Positions 1-10,629 of a stretch of 64,000 bases of DNA are shown here, in pieces; position 1 is the first letter of the stretch; each line of letters starts with the position of its first letter. Position numbers and translations under genes: made by a program. Below the pieces are notes generated by a model. That model made no database searches. It was given only the letters and a program-made list of their open reading frames with translations, and was not told where the DNA came from. The DNA comes from an uncultured Gammaproteobacteria bacterium. GTDB taxonomy: Bacteria; Pseudomonadota; Gammaproteobacteria; DRLM01. Location: contig CAVSNY010000007.1 of assembly GCA_963729605.1 (NCBI GenBank), positions 384,001 through 448,000 on the forward strand, in the 5' to 3' direction.

Positions 1-88
1 GTAGGGCGCAATAGGCGGTAGCCGTATTGCGCCGAATGGTAGAAACATCCGGCGCAATGCCCTTCGGTTATTGCGCCCTACGCGGGCT
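1..88. repeat. GTAG-family REP doublet (REPIN)
   Basis: GTAGGGCGCAATA...TATTGCGCC arm (1-34) and inverted arm CGGCGCAATGCCCTTCGGTTATTGCGCCCTACGCGGGCT (50-88); same family at 669-707 and 26016-26189. Confidence 0.85.
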
Positions 89-152
89 TGGTTTCCCCAG
101 CCGCTCAAAATACAATCCCCTATATATCAGGCGGCCGTGCTGACGCGGCTTA

Positions 153-211
153 GTTCAACAGACATTTATACGCCATGCGCGGCACAGCGTATAAATGCTT
201 AGACGTTAGCG
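153..211 (+). other. integron recombination-site-like element (attC-like, 59 bp)
   Basis: GTTCAAC ... CATTTATACGC/GCGTATAAATG inverted repeat ... GTTAGCG; box spacing atypical. Confidence 0.5.
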
Positions 212-235
212 GTCAACCAACAGCGAGGTAGATCT

Positions 236-628
236 ATGAGCACCGTAACTGACTCTGATGTTTACAAGGCCGCCCTCGACCACTCGCGACAGTTGAGCGC
301 TCTCCGTTTTGCGATCCTGACAGTCTTTATGACCGCAACCGGGGCATTATTCAACGCGTACTTCACTCCAACGGTGCATTACCCTCTTCGAGTCGTATCC
401 TTTGCGGGCTTTTGGCTGGCCATCGTATTTCTCGTGTGTGAGATCGTTCTGTCATTTACCATGGCGAAGCAAAACAGCGTTGCGGAAGCGAAAGCAGGTG
501 AAAAATACAAGGACGCGTTTCTTCACAGGCGTTGGCTCGCACTTTGGTCTATCCGGTTGGCTATCCCAAGCGTCTACGTGTTGAGTGGTGCGTATTGGTT
601 TTATCTATTTTTTCTGTGGGTCGGTTAA
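236..628 (+). CDS. cassette-like hypothetical membrane protein (about 3 TM segments)
   Basis: 130 aa ORF with GAGG RBS and lower GC than flanks; bounded by GTTAGCGG upstream and near-complementary CCGCTAAT right after the stop. Confidence 0.7.
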   Translation: MSTVTDSDVYKAALDHSRQLSALRFAILTVFMTATGALFNAYFTPTVHYPLRVVSFAGFWLAIVFLVCEIVLSFTMAKQNSVAEAKAGEKYKDAFLHRRWLALWSIRLAIPSVYVLSGAYWFYLFFLWVG

Positions 629-668
629 CCGCTAATTGAATAATAGCGCTAATGAATAATAGAATTGT

Positions 669-707
669 AGCCCGCGTAGGGCGCAATAACCGAAGGGCAT
701 TGCGCCG
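669..707. repeat. GTAG REP arm
   Basis: Exact reverse complement of 50-88 (39 bp). Confidence 0.85.
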
Positions 708-914
708 GATGTTAAGGCGATGACGCATCGCCTGCGAGTGAGCCTGATGATCCGTCTATGGTTGGGTATTAACTCGCCGGATATCGGCGGCTGCGAGTGA
801 ACAAGGCAGGCCGATGGAGTGGTGCGTAATCCGAATCCATTTTCCGGATTACGCTTCGCCGCGCGCAGGGCGTCACTTCGCCCTGCGCGCATCTTTCATG
901 TCCGCGCGGAGCGC

Positions 915-1571
915 TTAGTAAGCTGCCTCCACCTCGGCCGCCACCAAGCCCACCAATTGCTCATAACCAAAACTCGGCAGGGGTTTGCCGTTGACGAAGA
1001 AGGTCGGCGTTTTATTCGCGCCCAGGTTCTGTCCGTCATTGATGTCTTGCTGGATGGCGTTGATCACGGTCTGGCTGTTCATGTCCTGCGCCATCTTTTG
1101 CATGTCGAGGCCGGTGGGTCTTTGATTGAGGAGATTCCAGAACGTCTCCGGCTGGGCGCGGTGATTGATCGTCCACTGCCGCTGGGTTTCGTACATCATC
1201 TCCAGCACCGGCCAGAATTTACCTTGTTGCTTGGCCGCTTCCAGTATCGCCACCATCTGGTCCGAGCCCGGGTGCAGCGGCGCGTAACGCAGCACCAGAT
1301 TCACTTTGCCGCCCTGCCGCTCGAGCAGCTCTTTGACCAAGGGGTGGAATTGGGCGCAGGTCTCGCAGGCCGGGTCTATGAATTCGACGATGGTGACCTT
1401 GGCTTGGGGGTTGCCTACGCGCACGGAATGGTCACGGATCAGCGTGTCGCTATGCCGCGCGACCTGCTGGCTCGCTTGTTCGCCTTGCTCGGCTTTGTAA
1501 AAAATCGCGGCCAGGATGAAGCCGCCGGCGATCAACACCAGGGCGATGAGGGTGAAGTGGCTTTGTTTCAT
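915..1571 (-). CDS. DsbA-family thioredoxin-fold disulfide oxidoreductase
   Basis: N-terminal TM, CETC motif, TPTFFVNG. Confidence 0.9.
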   Translation of the reverse strand: MKQSHFTLIALVLIAGGFILAAIFYKAEQGEQASQQVARHSDTLIRDHSVRVGNPQAKVTIVEFIDPACETCAQFHPLVKELLERQGGKVNLVLRYAPLHPGSDQMVAILEAAKQQGKFWPVLEMMYETQRQWTINHRAQPETFWNLLNQRPTGLDMQKMAQDMNSQTVINAIQQDINDGQNLGANKTPTFFVNGKPLPSFGYEQLVGLVAAEVEAAY

Positions 1572-1620
1572 TCTTGAATCCTATGCTTGATGTTTCATTG
1601 ACGGGTTCAACCGCCGGCGT

Positions 1621-2055
1621 TTATTTTGAAATCGAGCGGGCCTTCAACAGCAGCAGCGTAATAATTAAAAACGCGGCGAGTGAAAGCAGTGGGATCGGCA
1701 AAAAGCCGAACAGTTCCATGCCGGCGCCGGAGCAGGGCACGCCCTGACTGCAAGGCTGAAGATTTTCCGGGATGACGCCATAAAACAGCAGGCTGTGATA
1801 GAGCGTGAACAGCAACCCGAGGATGGCCAGCGGCAAGGCGTAGCGTATCACTTTGAGGTCCAACGGATGCAGCCCCAGCAGCAGAATCAGCGCCAGCGGG
1901 AACATGAAGACGCGCTGATACCAGCACAACACGCAGGGCACCAGCTCCATCACTTCGCTGAAAAACAGACTGCCGGCGCTGGCGGTCAATGCCGTCAGCC
2001 AGCTCGCGAAGATCATGCGCCAAGCGGTCACGGCCACGACTGATTGATGATTCAT
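1621..2055 (-). CDS. dsbB: disulfide bond formation protein B (DsbB/BdbC family)
   Basis: PCVLCWYQR motif, second Cys pair, 4 TM. Confidence 0.9.
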   Translation of the reverse strand: MNHQSVVAVTAWRMIFASWLTALTASAGSLFFSEVMELVPCVLCWYQRVFMFPLALILLLGLHPLDLKVIRYALPLAILGLLFTLYHSLLFYGVIPENLQPCSQGVPCSGAGMELFGFLPIPLLSLAAFLIITLLLLKARSISK

Positions 2056-2261
2056 GCGCACCCGATTTCAAAAAAAAGCCCGGCGATTCTACCGGCTCGC
2101 AAGGGCTGAGGGCAATCGGCGTTCGCGCGGATCTCGCAGCGGATGCGTGCAGCGCGCCGCGTAATTGTGAATGCTGTAAGTCGTACACCGGCGCAGTTTG
2201 CCGCAAATCATGCGGCGGAAGACCTTTGGGGTTTCCGCTTCGCCGCGATATGACCGAGTAT

Positions 2262-2861
2262 TCAACTCGCGGACGCGCGCGTGGCGACGAGCGAGGGTCG
2301 ACCTTTAATCGCGTCCAGCCACGCGGCCTGACGCGGATGCGCGCCGCGCCAGTCGTGCGCGTAGCGCAGGTCGATGTATTCCAACGCGACGGCCCAGGCG
2401 AGGTCGGCGATGGTGAGACTCTGTCCCACTAAATGATCGCCGCCTTGATAATGCTGGTCGGCGAAGTTCAGCGCCGCCGCCACCTTGCTCTCTTGTTTGG
2501 CCATGGCGCCGGCATCTATTTTCTCCGGCGCGCGGCGGCTTTCCACCAAGCGCGTCACCACCGCGTCGTACACGCCTTGGCTCAAGGCGTGCCAGCGCTG
2601 CGCCTGCCAGCGCGCCTCGCCGGAGGGTGGAATCAAGCGCACCTTGCCCGCGCTGTCGAGATACTCGACGATCAGCGGCGAATCGAACAGCGGCTCGCCG
2701 TCGTCGCGCTCCAACACCGGAATCTTGCCCAGCGGATTCAAGCGCGTTACGTTGGCGTCACGCGCGGCTTCGACGATGAAGTCCAGATTAACACCTTGTT
2801 CCATGGCGCACACCCGCACTTTGCGGACATAGGGCGAGGTTTTGGATCCGTATAGTTTCAT
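2262..2861 (-). CDS. glutathione S-transferase family protein
   Basis: MKLYGSKTSPYVRKVR, NPLGKIPVL, DSPLIVEYLD. Confidence 0.9.
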   Translation of the reverse strand: MKLYGSKTSPYVRKVRVCAMEQGVNLDFIVEAARDANVTRLNPLGKIPVLERDDGEPLFDSPLIVEYLDSAGKVRLIPPSGEARWQAQRWHALSQGVYDAVVTRLVESRRAPEKIDAGAMAKQESKVAAALNFADQHYQGGDHLVGQSLTIADLAWAVALEYIDLRYAHDWRGAHPRQAAWLDAIKGRPSLVATRASAS

Positions 2862-2896
2862 GGGCGCTCCCTCCAGAATGGTGACGATGATGCGGT

Positions 2897-3664
2897 TTAC
2901 AGATTGAATTCGGCGACCGCCGGGGCGTGATCCGACGGCCTTTCGTGTTTGCGAACCTCTTTGTCGATGTAGCTGGCCGTGCATTTCTCGCATAAAGCTT
3001 TGCTCGCCAACACGTGATCGATGCGCACGCCCAGGTTGCGGCGAAAGGCGTGCATGCGGTAGTCCCACCAGCTGAAGATTTTTTCTTCCTGTTCGAATAG
3101 ACGGAAGGTGTCGCACAAGCCGTTGGCCAGCAGTTTATTGAAGGCGGCGCGTTCGGGAAGACTGAACAAGACTTTGCCCTCCCATGCCGCCGGGTCGTGC
3201 ACGTCGCGCGGCTCGGGCGCGATATTGAAATCGCCGAGCACCACCAAGTTGGGATGGCGCGCCAGCTCGGCCTCGATGAAGTTGTTGAGCCTGCTCAGCC
3301 AATGGAGTTTGTATTGATATTTGTCCGACTCGACGCTCTCGCCGTTGGGCACGTACAAATTGAGCACCCGCACTTCGCCGTAGGTCGCGGCCAGCACGCG
3401 GCGCTGCTGGTCGTCGAGGTCGGGGATGTCTTTCACGACATCGCTTGCCGGTGTCTTGCTCAGGATCGCGACGCCGTTATAGGTCTTTTGCCCGGAAAAC
3501 ACCATGTGATAACCGGTCTCCGCGAGCGCCGCCAAAGGAAAATTCTCATCGATGCACTTGGTTTCCTGCAGACATAATAAGTCCGGCTGCCGTGTCGCCA
3601 GCCAGTCCATCACCTGCGGCAGGCGCACCTTCAGTGAATTGACGTTCCAGCTCGCGATTTTCAC
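2897..3664 (-). CDS. xth: exodeoxyribonuclease III
   Basis: MKIASWNVNS, LQETK, GDFNIAP, SDHAP. Confidence 0.95.
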   Translation of the reverse strand: MKIASWNVNSLKVRLPQVMDWLATRQPDLLCLQETKCIDENFPLAALAETGYHMVFSGQKTYNGVAILSKTPASDVVKDIPDLDDQQRRVLAATYGEVRVLNLYVPNGESVESDKYQYKLHWLSRLNNFIEAELARHPNLVVLGDFNIAPEPRDVHDPAAWEGKVLFSLPERAAFNKLLANGLCDTFRLFEQEEKIFSWWDYRMHAFRRNLGVRIDHVLASKALCEKCTASYIDKEVRKHERPSDHAPAVAEFNL

Positions 3665-3755
3665 CGGCGCAGCTCAACGCGAAGACGCAAGAGTGCAAAA
3701 ACAAAAATTAAACTTGGCGGCATGTGGCGGCTTGCCGCCGCGGCGTTGAAGTATG

Positions 3756-5795
3756 TCATGCCGCGATTCCGCTATGCCGCAACAGCGCGTCGATGGTCGG
3801 TTCGCGGCCGCGGAATTCCACGAATAATTCCATGGGTTCGCGCGAGCCGCCTTGCTCGAGCACGGTGCTCAAAAAGCGCAGGCCGGTGGCGCGGTCGAAG
3901 ATGCCCGCTTCTTCGAAGGCGCCGAAGGCGTCGGAGGACAACACCTCGGCCCATTTGTAGCTGTAATAACCCGCCGCGTAGCCGCCGGCGAAGATGTGCG
4001 AGAAGCTGTGCGGGAAGCGGTTGAAGGAGGGCGGCTTCATCACAGCCACTTGTTGGCGTACTTCATCGAGTATTTCGTAGACCCGGGCGCCCTTGGCCGG
4101 ATCGTATTCGAGGTGCAGGCGGAAATCGAAGATCGAGAATTCCAATTGCCGCACCATCTGCATGCCGGATTGGAAATTCTTCGCCGCCAGCATTTTTTGA
4201 TACAACTCGTCGGGCAGCGGCGCGCCGGTTTGATAATGCGCGGCGATCAAATCCAGCGCCTCGCGGTGCCAGCACCAGTTCTCCATGAACTGGCTGGGCA
4301 GTTCCACCGCGTCCCACGGCACGCCGGCGATGCCCGCCACGCCGGGATAATCGACCTTGGTGAGCATGTGGTGCAGGCCGTGGCCGAATTCGTGGAACAG
4401 GGTCAGCACTTCATCGTGGGTGAACAGCGCCGGATCGGTGCCGACCGGCGGCGAGAAATTGCAGGTGAGATAGGCCACCGGGGTCTGCACGCCGGATTCG
4501 CCGCGCTTGCGCGTCATGCAGTCGTCCATCCACGCGCCGCCGCGTTTGTGCTGGCGGGCGTACAAGTCGAGATAAAACTGGCCGCGCAGTTCGCCCTGCG
4601 CGTCGTGGATTTCGTAAAAGCGCACGCTGGGGTGCCACACGTCCACGCCTTGCCGTTCGCGTATCTCCAAACCATATAAGCGCTGCACCACTTGAAACAT
4701 GCCGGTGACCGCGCGCGCTTCGGGAAAATAAGGCTTGAGGTCTTCCTTGGAAATCGCGTAGCGGTGAGTGCGGAGTTTTTCCGCGTAATAAGTGATGTCC
4801 CAGGCCTCGAGCTCGCCGGCGCCGTGTTGCTCGCGGGCGTAGGCGCGCACCTCGTCGAGTTCGCTGCGCGCCATGGCGAGGGAGCGGCCGGCGAGGTCGT
4901 TGAGAAAACCCAACACTTGGTCGGTGGAGCGCGCCATCTTGGGTTCGACGGAATATTCCGCGTAATTGTTGAAGCCCAATAGCTGCGCGACTTCGTGGCG
5001 CGCGGCGAGGATTTTTTCCATCACCGGCGTGTTGTCCCACTGGCCGGCGTGAGGACCGGCGTCGGAGGCGCGGGTGACATAGGCCTCGTAGACCTCGCGG
5101 CGCAGCGCGCGGTTGTCGGCGTAGGTGATCACCGGGATGTAAGCGGGAAATTCCAAGGTGATCACCCAGCCTTCGAGTTCGCGCTGCCGGGCCATCTGCG
5201 CCAGCAGGGCCAGCGCGCTGGGCGGCAGGCCGGCCAGTTCGTTCACGTCGCTGATCTGTTTGTGCCAGGCGTTGGTGGCGTCCAGCAGGTTTTCCTCGAA
5301 CTTGGCGTTGAGGTTGGACAACTCTTGCATCAGCTCTTTGAAACGGGCCTTTTTGTCCGCAGGCAGCGCCACGCCCGACAAGCGGAAATCGCGCAGCGCG
5401 TTGTCGATGATTTTTTTCTGCGCGGTGTCGAGCTTGGCGAACTCCGGGCCGTCGGCGATGGCTTGATAGGCCTGATACAGCCGCTCGTTCTGTCCCAACT
5501 CGGTGGCGTAGTCGCTGAGTTTGGGCAGGCAGGCGTTGTAGGCGGCGCGTAATTCCGGACTATTGACCACGGCGTTCATATGACCCACCGGCGACCAGGC
5601 GCGGCGCAGGCGGTCGCCCAGTTCTTCGAGCGGCGCGACGAGATTGGCCCAGGTGTAAGTCCGCTCGGCGTCCAAAAGGCGCGTGAGTTCGGCGCGGCCG
5701 TCCGCGAGGATTTGGTCGATGGCGGGTTCGACATGTTCGGGACGGATGGCGGAAAACGGCGGCAGGCCGTTCAGGGTCAGCAGGGGATTGGTCAT
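3756..5795 (-). CDS. prlC: oligopeptidase A (M3 peptidase)
   Basis: MTNPLL, HEFGH zinc motif, YAAGYYSYKWAEVL. Confidence 0.95.
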   Translation of the reverse strand: MTNPLLTLNGLPPFSAIRPEHVEPAIDQILADGRAELTRLLDAERTYTWANLVAPLEELGDRLRRAWSPVGHMNAVVNSPELRAAYNACLPKLSDYATELGQNERLYQAYQAIADGPEFAKLDTAQKKIIDNALRDFRLSGVALPADKKARFKELMQELSNLNAKFEENLLDATNAWHKQISDVNELAGLPPSALALLAQMARQRELEGWVITLEFPAYIPVITYADNRALRREVYEAYVTRASDAGPHAGQWDNTPVMEKILAARHEVAQLLGFNNYAEYSVEPKMARSTDQVLGFLNDLAGRSLAMARSELDEVRAYAREQHGAGELEAWDITYYAEKLRTHRYAISKEDLKPYFPEARAVTGMFQVVQRLYGLEIRERQGVDVWHPSVRFYEIHDAQGELRGQFYLDLYARQHKRGGAWMDDCMTRKRGESGVQTPVAYLTCNFSPPVGTDPALFTHDEVLTLFHEFGHGLHHMLTKVDYPGVAGIAGVPWDAVELPSQFMENWCWHREALDLIAAHYQTGAPLPDELYQKMLAAKNFQSGMQMVRQLEFSIFDFRLHLEYDPAKGARVYEILDEVRQQVAVMKPPSFNRFPHSFSHIFAGGYAAGYYSYKWAEVLSSDAFGAFEEAGIFDRATGLRFLSTVLEQGGSREPMELFVEFRGREPTIDALLRHSGIAA

Positions 5796-5951
5796 GGCCT
5801 CAAACCTCACGATAGCAACGGCGGGGGAAACTCCGGAAGTAGTAATCCGGCATCAAAGACGATCTGGTCTGGGCTGTTCCTTCTCCCGGCGGGAGAGGGG
5901 CATGCTTTGATACCGAGATAATAGAATAACAAAAAGCGCGGCGGCTGCGGT

Positions 5952-6896
5952 TCATCCGCCGCGGGTGTTGATCAGCCACAGCGCCGCCGACCCGGCCAGC
6001 AGAAACAGGCTGAACAGTCCGGCGGCGTAGAGTTGATAGCGGCGGGTCAGCCGCGCCGGCGGTTCGCTGGACAGTAAAAAGGGCCGTCCGTCGGGCGGAC
6101 GGGACAACAGCAGCACGCCCGGCTCGCTGAGGCGGCGCCCCAGTTCGCTCGCCGCTTCCCGTTCCGCCGCGCCGCGCGCCTGTTCCCATTCGGCGGGGTC
6201 GATGGCGCCGTCGCCGTCGCGGTCGAAGCGGGCCAGCAGACGCGGCCGGTCGCGCTTCCACGTCGCCAGCAGGTCGCGCACCGTCTCCGCGCGGGTCGGC
6301 CCTTCCACGCCGCCGCCCGCGCTGCGCAGATCGCCGATGGCGTAGAGCGCGTCGCCCGGGTGGATGCGTTCTTCGCGGTAACGATAGGCGCCGGTGCCGA
6401 ACCAGCGCCGCTCGCGAGGGCCTGTCATGCCCGGCGGCGGGGTGGGCGTGTTGCCGTACCACACCTGCGTCACGCTCGAGGTCACTATCGCGCCGTCGGG
6501 ATCGACGACGCATTGGCCGGTGTCGTCGCGCAATAAAAACAGGCCGTCGCTGCGGCCGCGGGCGATGACGCGCCAGCGGCCGTTTTGATGGCGGCCGCCG
6601 TCGGACTCCCTTTCTTCCACGCGGAATTGAAACCAGGCGCAGGGGGTGTGGGTGAGCGGCGCGACGATGGGCGGACCGGCCAGCACCGCCGCCTCGCCCT
6701 CCAGCTCCACGTAACCTTGCGCGGCGGAGCGGAGTCTGGAAGTGGGGGTGTCTTCTATCAAGCGCGCGCGGCGCAGAAATAAAAAAGCGCCGGCGAAACT
6801 CGCGACGGCGCCGAGCAGCGCCGCGCCGCAGAAAAACCAGAAGACCGGGGGATCGAGCCGCTGCGGCCACGCCAGCCAATAGGCGAATCCCGACAT
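5952..6896 (-). CDS. GIDE-domain membrane protein with EF-hand-like loop
   Basis: IEDTPTSRLRSAAQGYVELEG; DRDGDGAIDPAEW; adjacent to lemA. Confidence 0.75.
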   Translation of the reverse strand: MSGFAYWLAWPQRLDPPVFWFFCGAALLGAVASFAGAFLFLRRARLIEDTPTSRLRSAAQGYVELEGEAAVLAGPPIVAPLTHTPCAWFQFRVEERESDGGRHQNGRWRVIARGRSDGLFLLRDDTGQCVVDPDGAIVTSSVTQVWYGNTPTPPPGMTGPRERRWFGTGAYRYREERIHPGDALYAIGDLRSAGGGVEGPTRAETVRDLLATWKRDRPRLLARFDRDGDGAIDPAEWEQARGAAEREAASELGRRLSEPGVLLLSRPPDGRPFLLSSEPPARLTRRYQLYAAGLFSLFLLAGSAALWLINTRGG

Positions 6897-6909
6897 GGTC
6901 GCGGGTCGT

Positions 6910-7482
6910 TTAGTCGAACAGCTGCTTGAGCGAGACGTCGCGTTTTTCTTCTTCGCCGAATTCCAGCAAGGGATGGGGACCGAATTTGAACAGACGCGCC
7001 ACCACCATGTCGGGAAACTGTTCGATGCGCACGTTGTTGAGATTCACGCCTTCGTTGTACAACTCGCGGCGGTCGGCGATGGCGTTCTCCAAACCGGTGA
7101 TGCGGCCTTGCAGGTGTTGAAAACTCTCGTTGGCCTTCAGTTCGGGATAGGCCTCGGCCACCGCGAACAATTGGCCCAGCCCCAGCCGCAACTGGCCCTC
7201 GGCCTGGCCCAGTGCCGGCACATTGTGTTGTTCGCGGGCGGAGGCCACCGCGCCGCGGGCGCGCAGCACCTTCTCCAGCGTGTCCTGCTCGTAGACCATG
7301 TAACGCTTGCAGGTCTCCACCAGTTTGGGCAATTCATCGTGACGTTGTTTCAGCAGCACGTCGATGTTCGACCAGGCCTTCGCCACATTGTGTTTGAGGT
7401 TGACCAAGTTGTTGTAGATCATCACGCCGTAGACCAGCAGGGCGGCGATCAGGGCCAGGAAAATGAACGTGCTAATATCCAC
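6910..7482 (-). CDS. lemA: LemA family protein
   Basis: YNNLV...[26 protein letters not shown]. Confidence 0.93.
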   Translation of the reverse strand: MDISTFIFLALIAALLVYGVMIYNNLVNLKHNVAKAWSNIDVLLKQRHDELPKLVETCKRYMVYEQDTLEKVLRARGAVASAREQHNVPALGQAEGQLRLGLGQLFAVAEAYPELKANESFQHLQGRITGLENAIADRRELYNEGVNLNNVRIEQFPDMVVARLFKFGPHPLLEFGEEEKRDVSLKQLFD

Positions 7483-7565
7483 CGGGGTTCTCCGTTATGA
7501 ATCCGATTTCCACACGACTGCGGTCAATATACCCGTCCTATCGGCGGCGCGGGAGGTTTTCTGAT

Positions 7566-8909
7566 ATGAAGCACTTCAATCTCATCGCCATCGGCGGCGG
7601 CAGCGGCGGCCTCGCCGTGGCGCAGCGCGCGGCGGAATACGGCGCCCGCTGCATGATAGTGGAGCCCGCGCCGCTGGGCGGCACCTGCGTGAATACCGGC
7701 TGCGTGCCCAAGAAGGTGATGTGGAATGCCGCGCAGCTCGCGCGGACTCTGCGCGATGCGCGCGATTACGGGTTTGACGTGAGTAGCGCGGATCTCGATT
7801 GGCCCCGCTTGGTGGCCGCGCGCGATGCCTACGTCGCGCGGCTCAATACCTTTTACAGCACCCGGCTGGCCGACAGCGGGATAGCCTGGCAACAGGGGAC
7901 CGCCCGCTTCATCGATGCGCGCACCATTGCCGTCGGCGAAGAACGTTTCAGCGCCGACCACATCGTCATCGCCACCGGCGGCCGCCCGGTCATTCCCGCG
8001 GTGGAAGGCGCCGAACTGGGTATCAGCTCCGACGGTTTTTTCGCGCTACGCCGGCGGCCCCGGCGCGTGGCGATCATCGGCGGCGGTTATATCGCGGTGG
8101 AATTGGCGGGCATATTGCGGGCGCTGGACAGCGAGGTGACCCTGGTGTTGCGCGGCCGGCTGCTCGGCGCGTTCGACGTCATGCTGCGCGAGGTATTGAT
8201 GGAAGAGATGCTCGATCAAGGCATCAAGCTGCTGGCGGGATCCACGGTGGCGAGCTTGACGCGCGCGGCCGACGGCAGTCTCACGCTGATGGGTGCCGAT
8301 GGGGCCGACCTCGCCGGTTTCGACGCGGTGATCTGGGCGGTGGGCCGCCGGCCCAATATTGAAGGTTTGGATTTGGAGCAGGCCGGGATACGTTTGAATC
8401 CCCGCGGCGCGATCGAGACCGATGATTATCAAAATACCAATGTGGCGGGGATTTATGCGATAGGCGATGTCACCGGCCGTTCGCCGCTTACCCCGGTGGC
8501 CATCGCCGCCGGCCGCCATTTGGCGGACCGCCTGTTCGGCGGCAAGCCGGACAGCCGCTTAGATTACGAGGGGATACCCAGCGTGGTGTTTTCCCGGCCG
8601 CCCATCGGCAGCGTGGGGATGACCGAAGATCAGGCGCGGGCCGAACACGGCGCCGGCGTAAAAATTTATCAAACCCGCTTTACACCGCTCTATCACGCGC
8701 TTACTTCGCGCAAGCCGCGCACCGCGATGAAGTTGGTGACCGTGGGCGCGCACGAGAAGGTAGTGGGTTGTCATGTGATCGGACCGGGCGCCGACGAAAT
8801 GCTGCAAGGCTTCGCCGTCGCGATCAACATGGGGGCCACCAAGGCCGATTTCGACAAGACGGTGGCGATTCATCCCACCAGCGCGGAGGAATTGGTCACT
8901 CTACGCTAG
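7566..8909 (+). CDS. gor: glutathione-disulfide reductase
   Basis: [29 protein letters not shown]. Confidence 0.95.
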   Translation: MKHFNLIAIGGGSGGLAVAQRAAEYGARCMIVEPAPLGGTCVNTGCVPKKVMWNAAQLARTLRDARDYGFDVSSADLDWPRLVAARDAYVARLNTFYSTRLADSGIAWQQGTARFIDARTIAVGEERFSADHIVIATGGRPVIPAVEGAELGISSDGFFALRRRPRRVAIIGGGYIAVELAGILRALDSEVTLVLRGRLLGAFDVMLREVLMEEMLDQGIKLLAGSTVASLTRAADGSLTLMGADGADLAGFDAVIWAVGRRPNIEGLDLEQAGIRLNPRGAIETDDYQNTNVAGIYAIGDVTGRSPLTPVAIAAGRHLADRLFGGKPDSRLDYEGIPSVVFSRPPIGSVGMTEDQARAEHGAGVKIYQTRFTPLYHALTSRKPRTAMKLVTVGAHEKVVGCHVIGPGADEMLQGFAVAINMGATKADFDKTVAIHPTSAEELVTLR

Positions 8910-8919
8910 TCCCGCGGCT

Positions 8920-9054
8920 TTACGGTTCCATCGCCTCTTGCGAGGCCTTTTCCGCCGCCTTTTTGGGATTAGAGAGATGCAGCGTTACCACCACGCCAAG
9001 CACGCCACCCAACGCAAATGAAACCACCACAGCTTCCACCAAGAAACTAAACAT
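8920..9054 (-). CDS. small single-TM protein (44 aa), below the ORF-track size cutoff
   Basis: MFSFLVEAVVVSFALGGVLGVVVTLHLSNPKKAAEKASQEAMEP*; strong AGGAGGAGGA RBS 6 nt upstream. Confidence 0.65.
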   Translation of the reverse strand: MFSFLVEAVVVSFALGGVLGVVVTLHLSNPKKAAEKASQEAMEP

Positions 9055-9448
9055 GGCCAGTCCTCCTCCTCGTTTCCATTGACCGCTTTTCCGCCAACAG
9101 ACGCAAACGCCGCGCCTTACCGCGTATAACGACCGTTCAACGAGTTGACTTAAATGAGACCGGGTTCTCAGTTACGGGACCGGGATTTATGCTAGTCCGG
9201 GGACCGGGCCGAGTAACGCGGCATTACGGCGGCAAACTTGCCGCCCCCTCACCGACGCGTTACGTTAAGCGCTTTTTTTAGCCAACGTGCCCGGTGGTTT
9301 TACATGCATGACCTATGCAAGGCATGTTCCATTTTTTGGAGAGGGTCGTGTCGCGGCGACGCGCGTCGTTGGGAACGGCGCGTCGGCGATCAATGACGCG
9401 TGTCGGGCCTGATTTCTCCACGCGCTTGGTTTGTTTGAATAAGTTCGA

Positions 9449-9985
9449 TCACGTGGCTTCTTGGTCGGCGTCGTATTTGATGGCGGTGATCTCCAGTTCT
9501 TCTTCACCGTGAACCGTGCGCAGCGTGGCTTTATCGCCGACCCGCTTCCCCAGAATGACGCGCGCCATGGGCGCGGTGAAGGCAATCCGCCCTTCGGACG
9601 CCGCCGCCTCGTCCACGCCGACCAAGGTGTAACGGCGCTCTTCACCCGCATGATCTCCACTCAGGGCGCGGAGCGTCACCGTGGCGCCGAAGCGAATGCC
9701 TTGTTGCGGATCGGGATGAGACGCGACGACTTGCGCGCTGGCGATGCGGGTTTTGAGTTCGGCCAGCCGGGTGCCGAGCGCGGCCAGTTGCAGTTTGCGT
9801 TCCGCGTCGTCGTCGGTCTCCGCTTGCGCGCGCGTGCGCGCCTCTTCCAGTTCGGCGAGTTCGGATTTCAAAAGGGCGAGGCCGCGGGGCGTGACGTAGT
9901 TGGCCGTGCCCGGCGGCAATGGCGCGCGCGGTGGAACGAATAATTCCTCGTTCGACGCATCGTTCTTGACGAAGGCTCTGCTCAT
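9449..9985 (-). CDS. GreA/GreB-family elongation factor-like protein
   Basis: MSRAFVK, NYVTPRG, IRFGATVTL, LVGVDEA. Confidence 0.88.
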   Translation of the reverse strand: MSRAFVKNDASNEELFVPPRAPLPPGTANYVTPRGLALLKSELAELEEARTRAQAETDDDAERKLQLAALGTRLAELKTRIASAQVVASHPDPQQGIRFGATVTLRALSGDHAGEERRYTLVGVDEAAASEGRIAFTAPMARVILGKRVGDKATLRTVHGEEELEITAIKYDADQEAT

Positions 9986-10629
9986 GGCCGGTCTCCTGTA
10001 ATGAGTAAGGACGCCCTGAATGATCCATCCTGGAATTCTCAGAGTGCGGAAAGTGAGAATAGCCTTTTTCGCCTTGCTTCACTTTCAATGGCGGTACATC
10101 CGTGCCGCCGTGGGAACCCCCGAATAAATCGGAGGTTCCACAAAAATAAAAAAATAAAAAGAGCGTTGGCCGCGCCCGTTGATCGCGTGATGCCGGTGAT
10201 ACGCGCGTAAGTAATTCAAGCCTCGCTGAGATGGAAGCCGGCGAAGGCTTGCACGCTCATGTCCATATCGGGCGGCGAATAAACGCCACGGCGCGCTCCA
10301 AATCCTCGACCGGACCATTGATCCACCCCATTTGGCCGCGCATTTTCCCCCGATGATGTTGATTAACTTAGACGCTTGTCGGAAATATTGAAAGGGGCGT
10401 ATCGCTCGGCTTTAAAAACGCGTTGCCGGTAAGCGAGGTTTACAACCTAATGTAAGAAGTACATCAAAATCCTCGCGGCGAAGCCAGGCTTTTTTTCGCG
10501 GCGATTAAAATATTTTGTTAAACCATGTGCTTTATGGATATCTAATGCGCGGCGAGCAGCGCTGGTGCGTGGCACAACAGTTGCTCCCCTGTTTCCCACA
10601 TTCATTAGATCACTGACAGGAGTCGGGAA

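Noticed and set aside
810-890. GCGTAATCCG/CGGATTACGC and GCGCGCAGGGCG/CGCCCTGCGCGC hairpins
   Set aside because: Best explained as a degenerate REP variant plus a hairpin after dsbA; too decayed to call separately.
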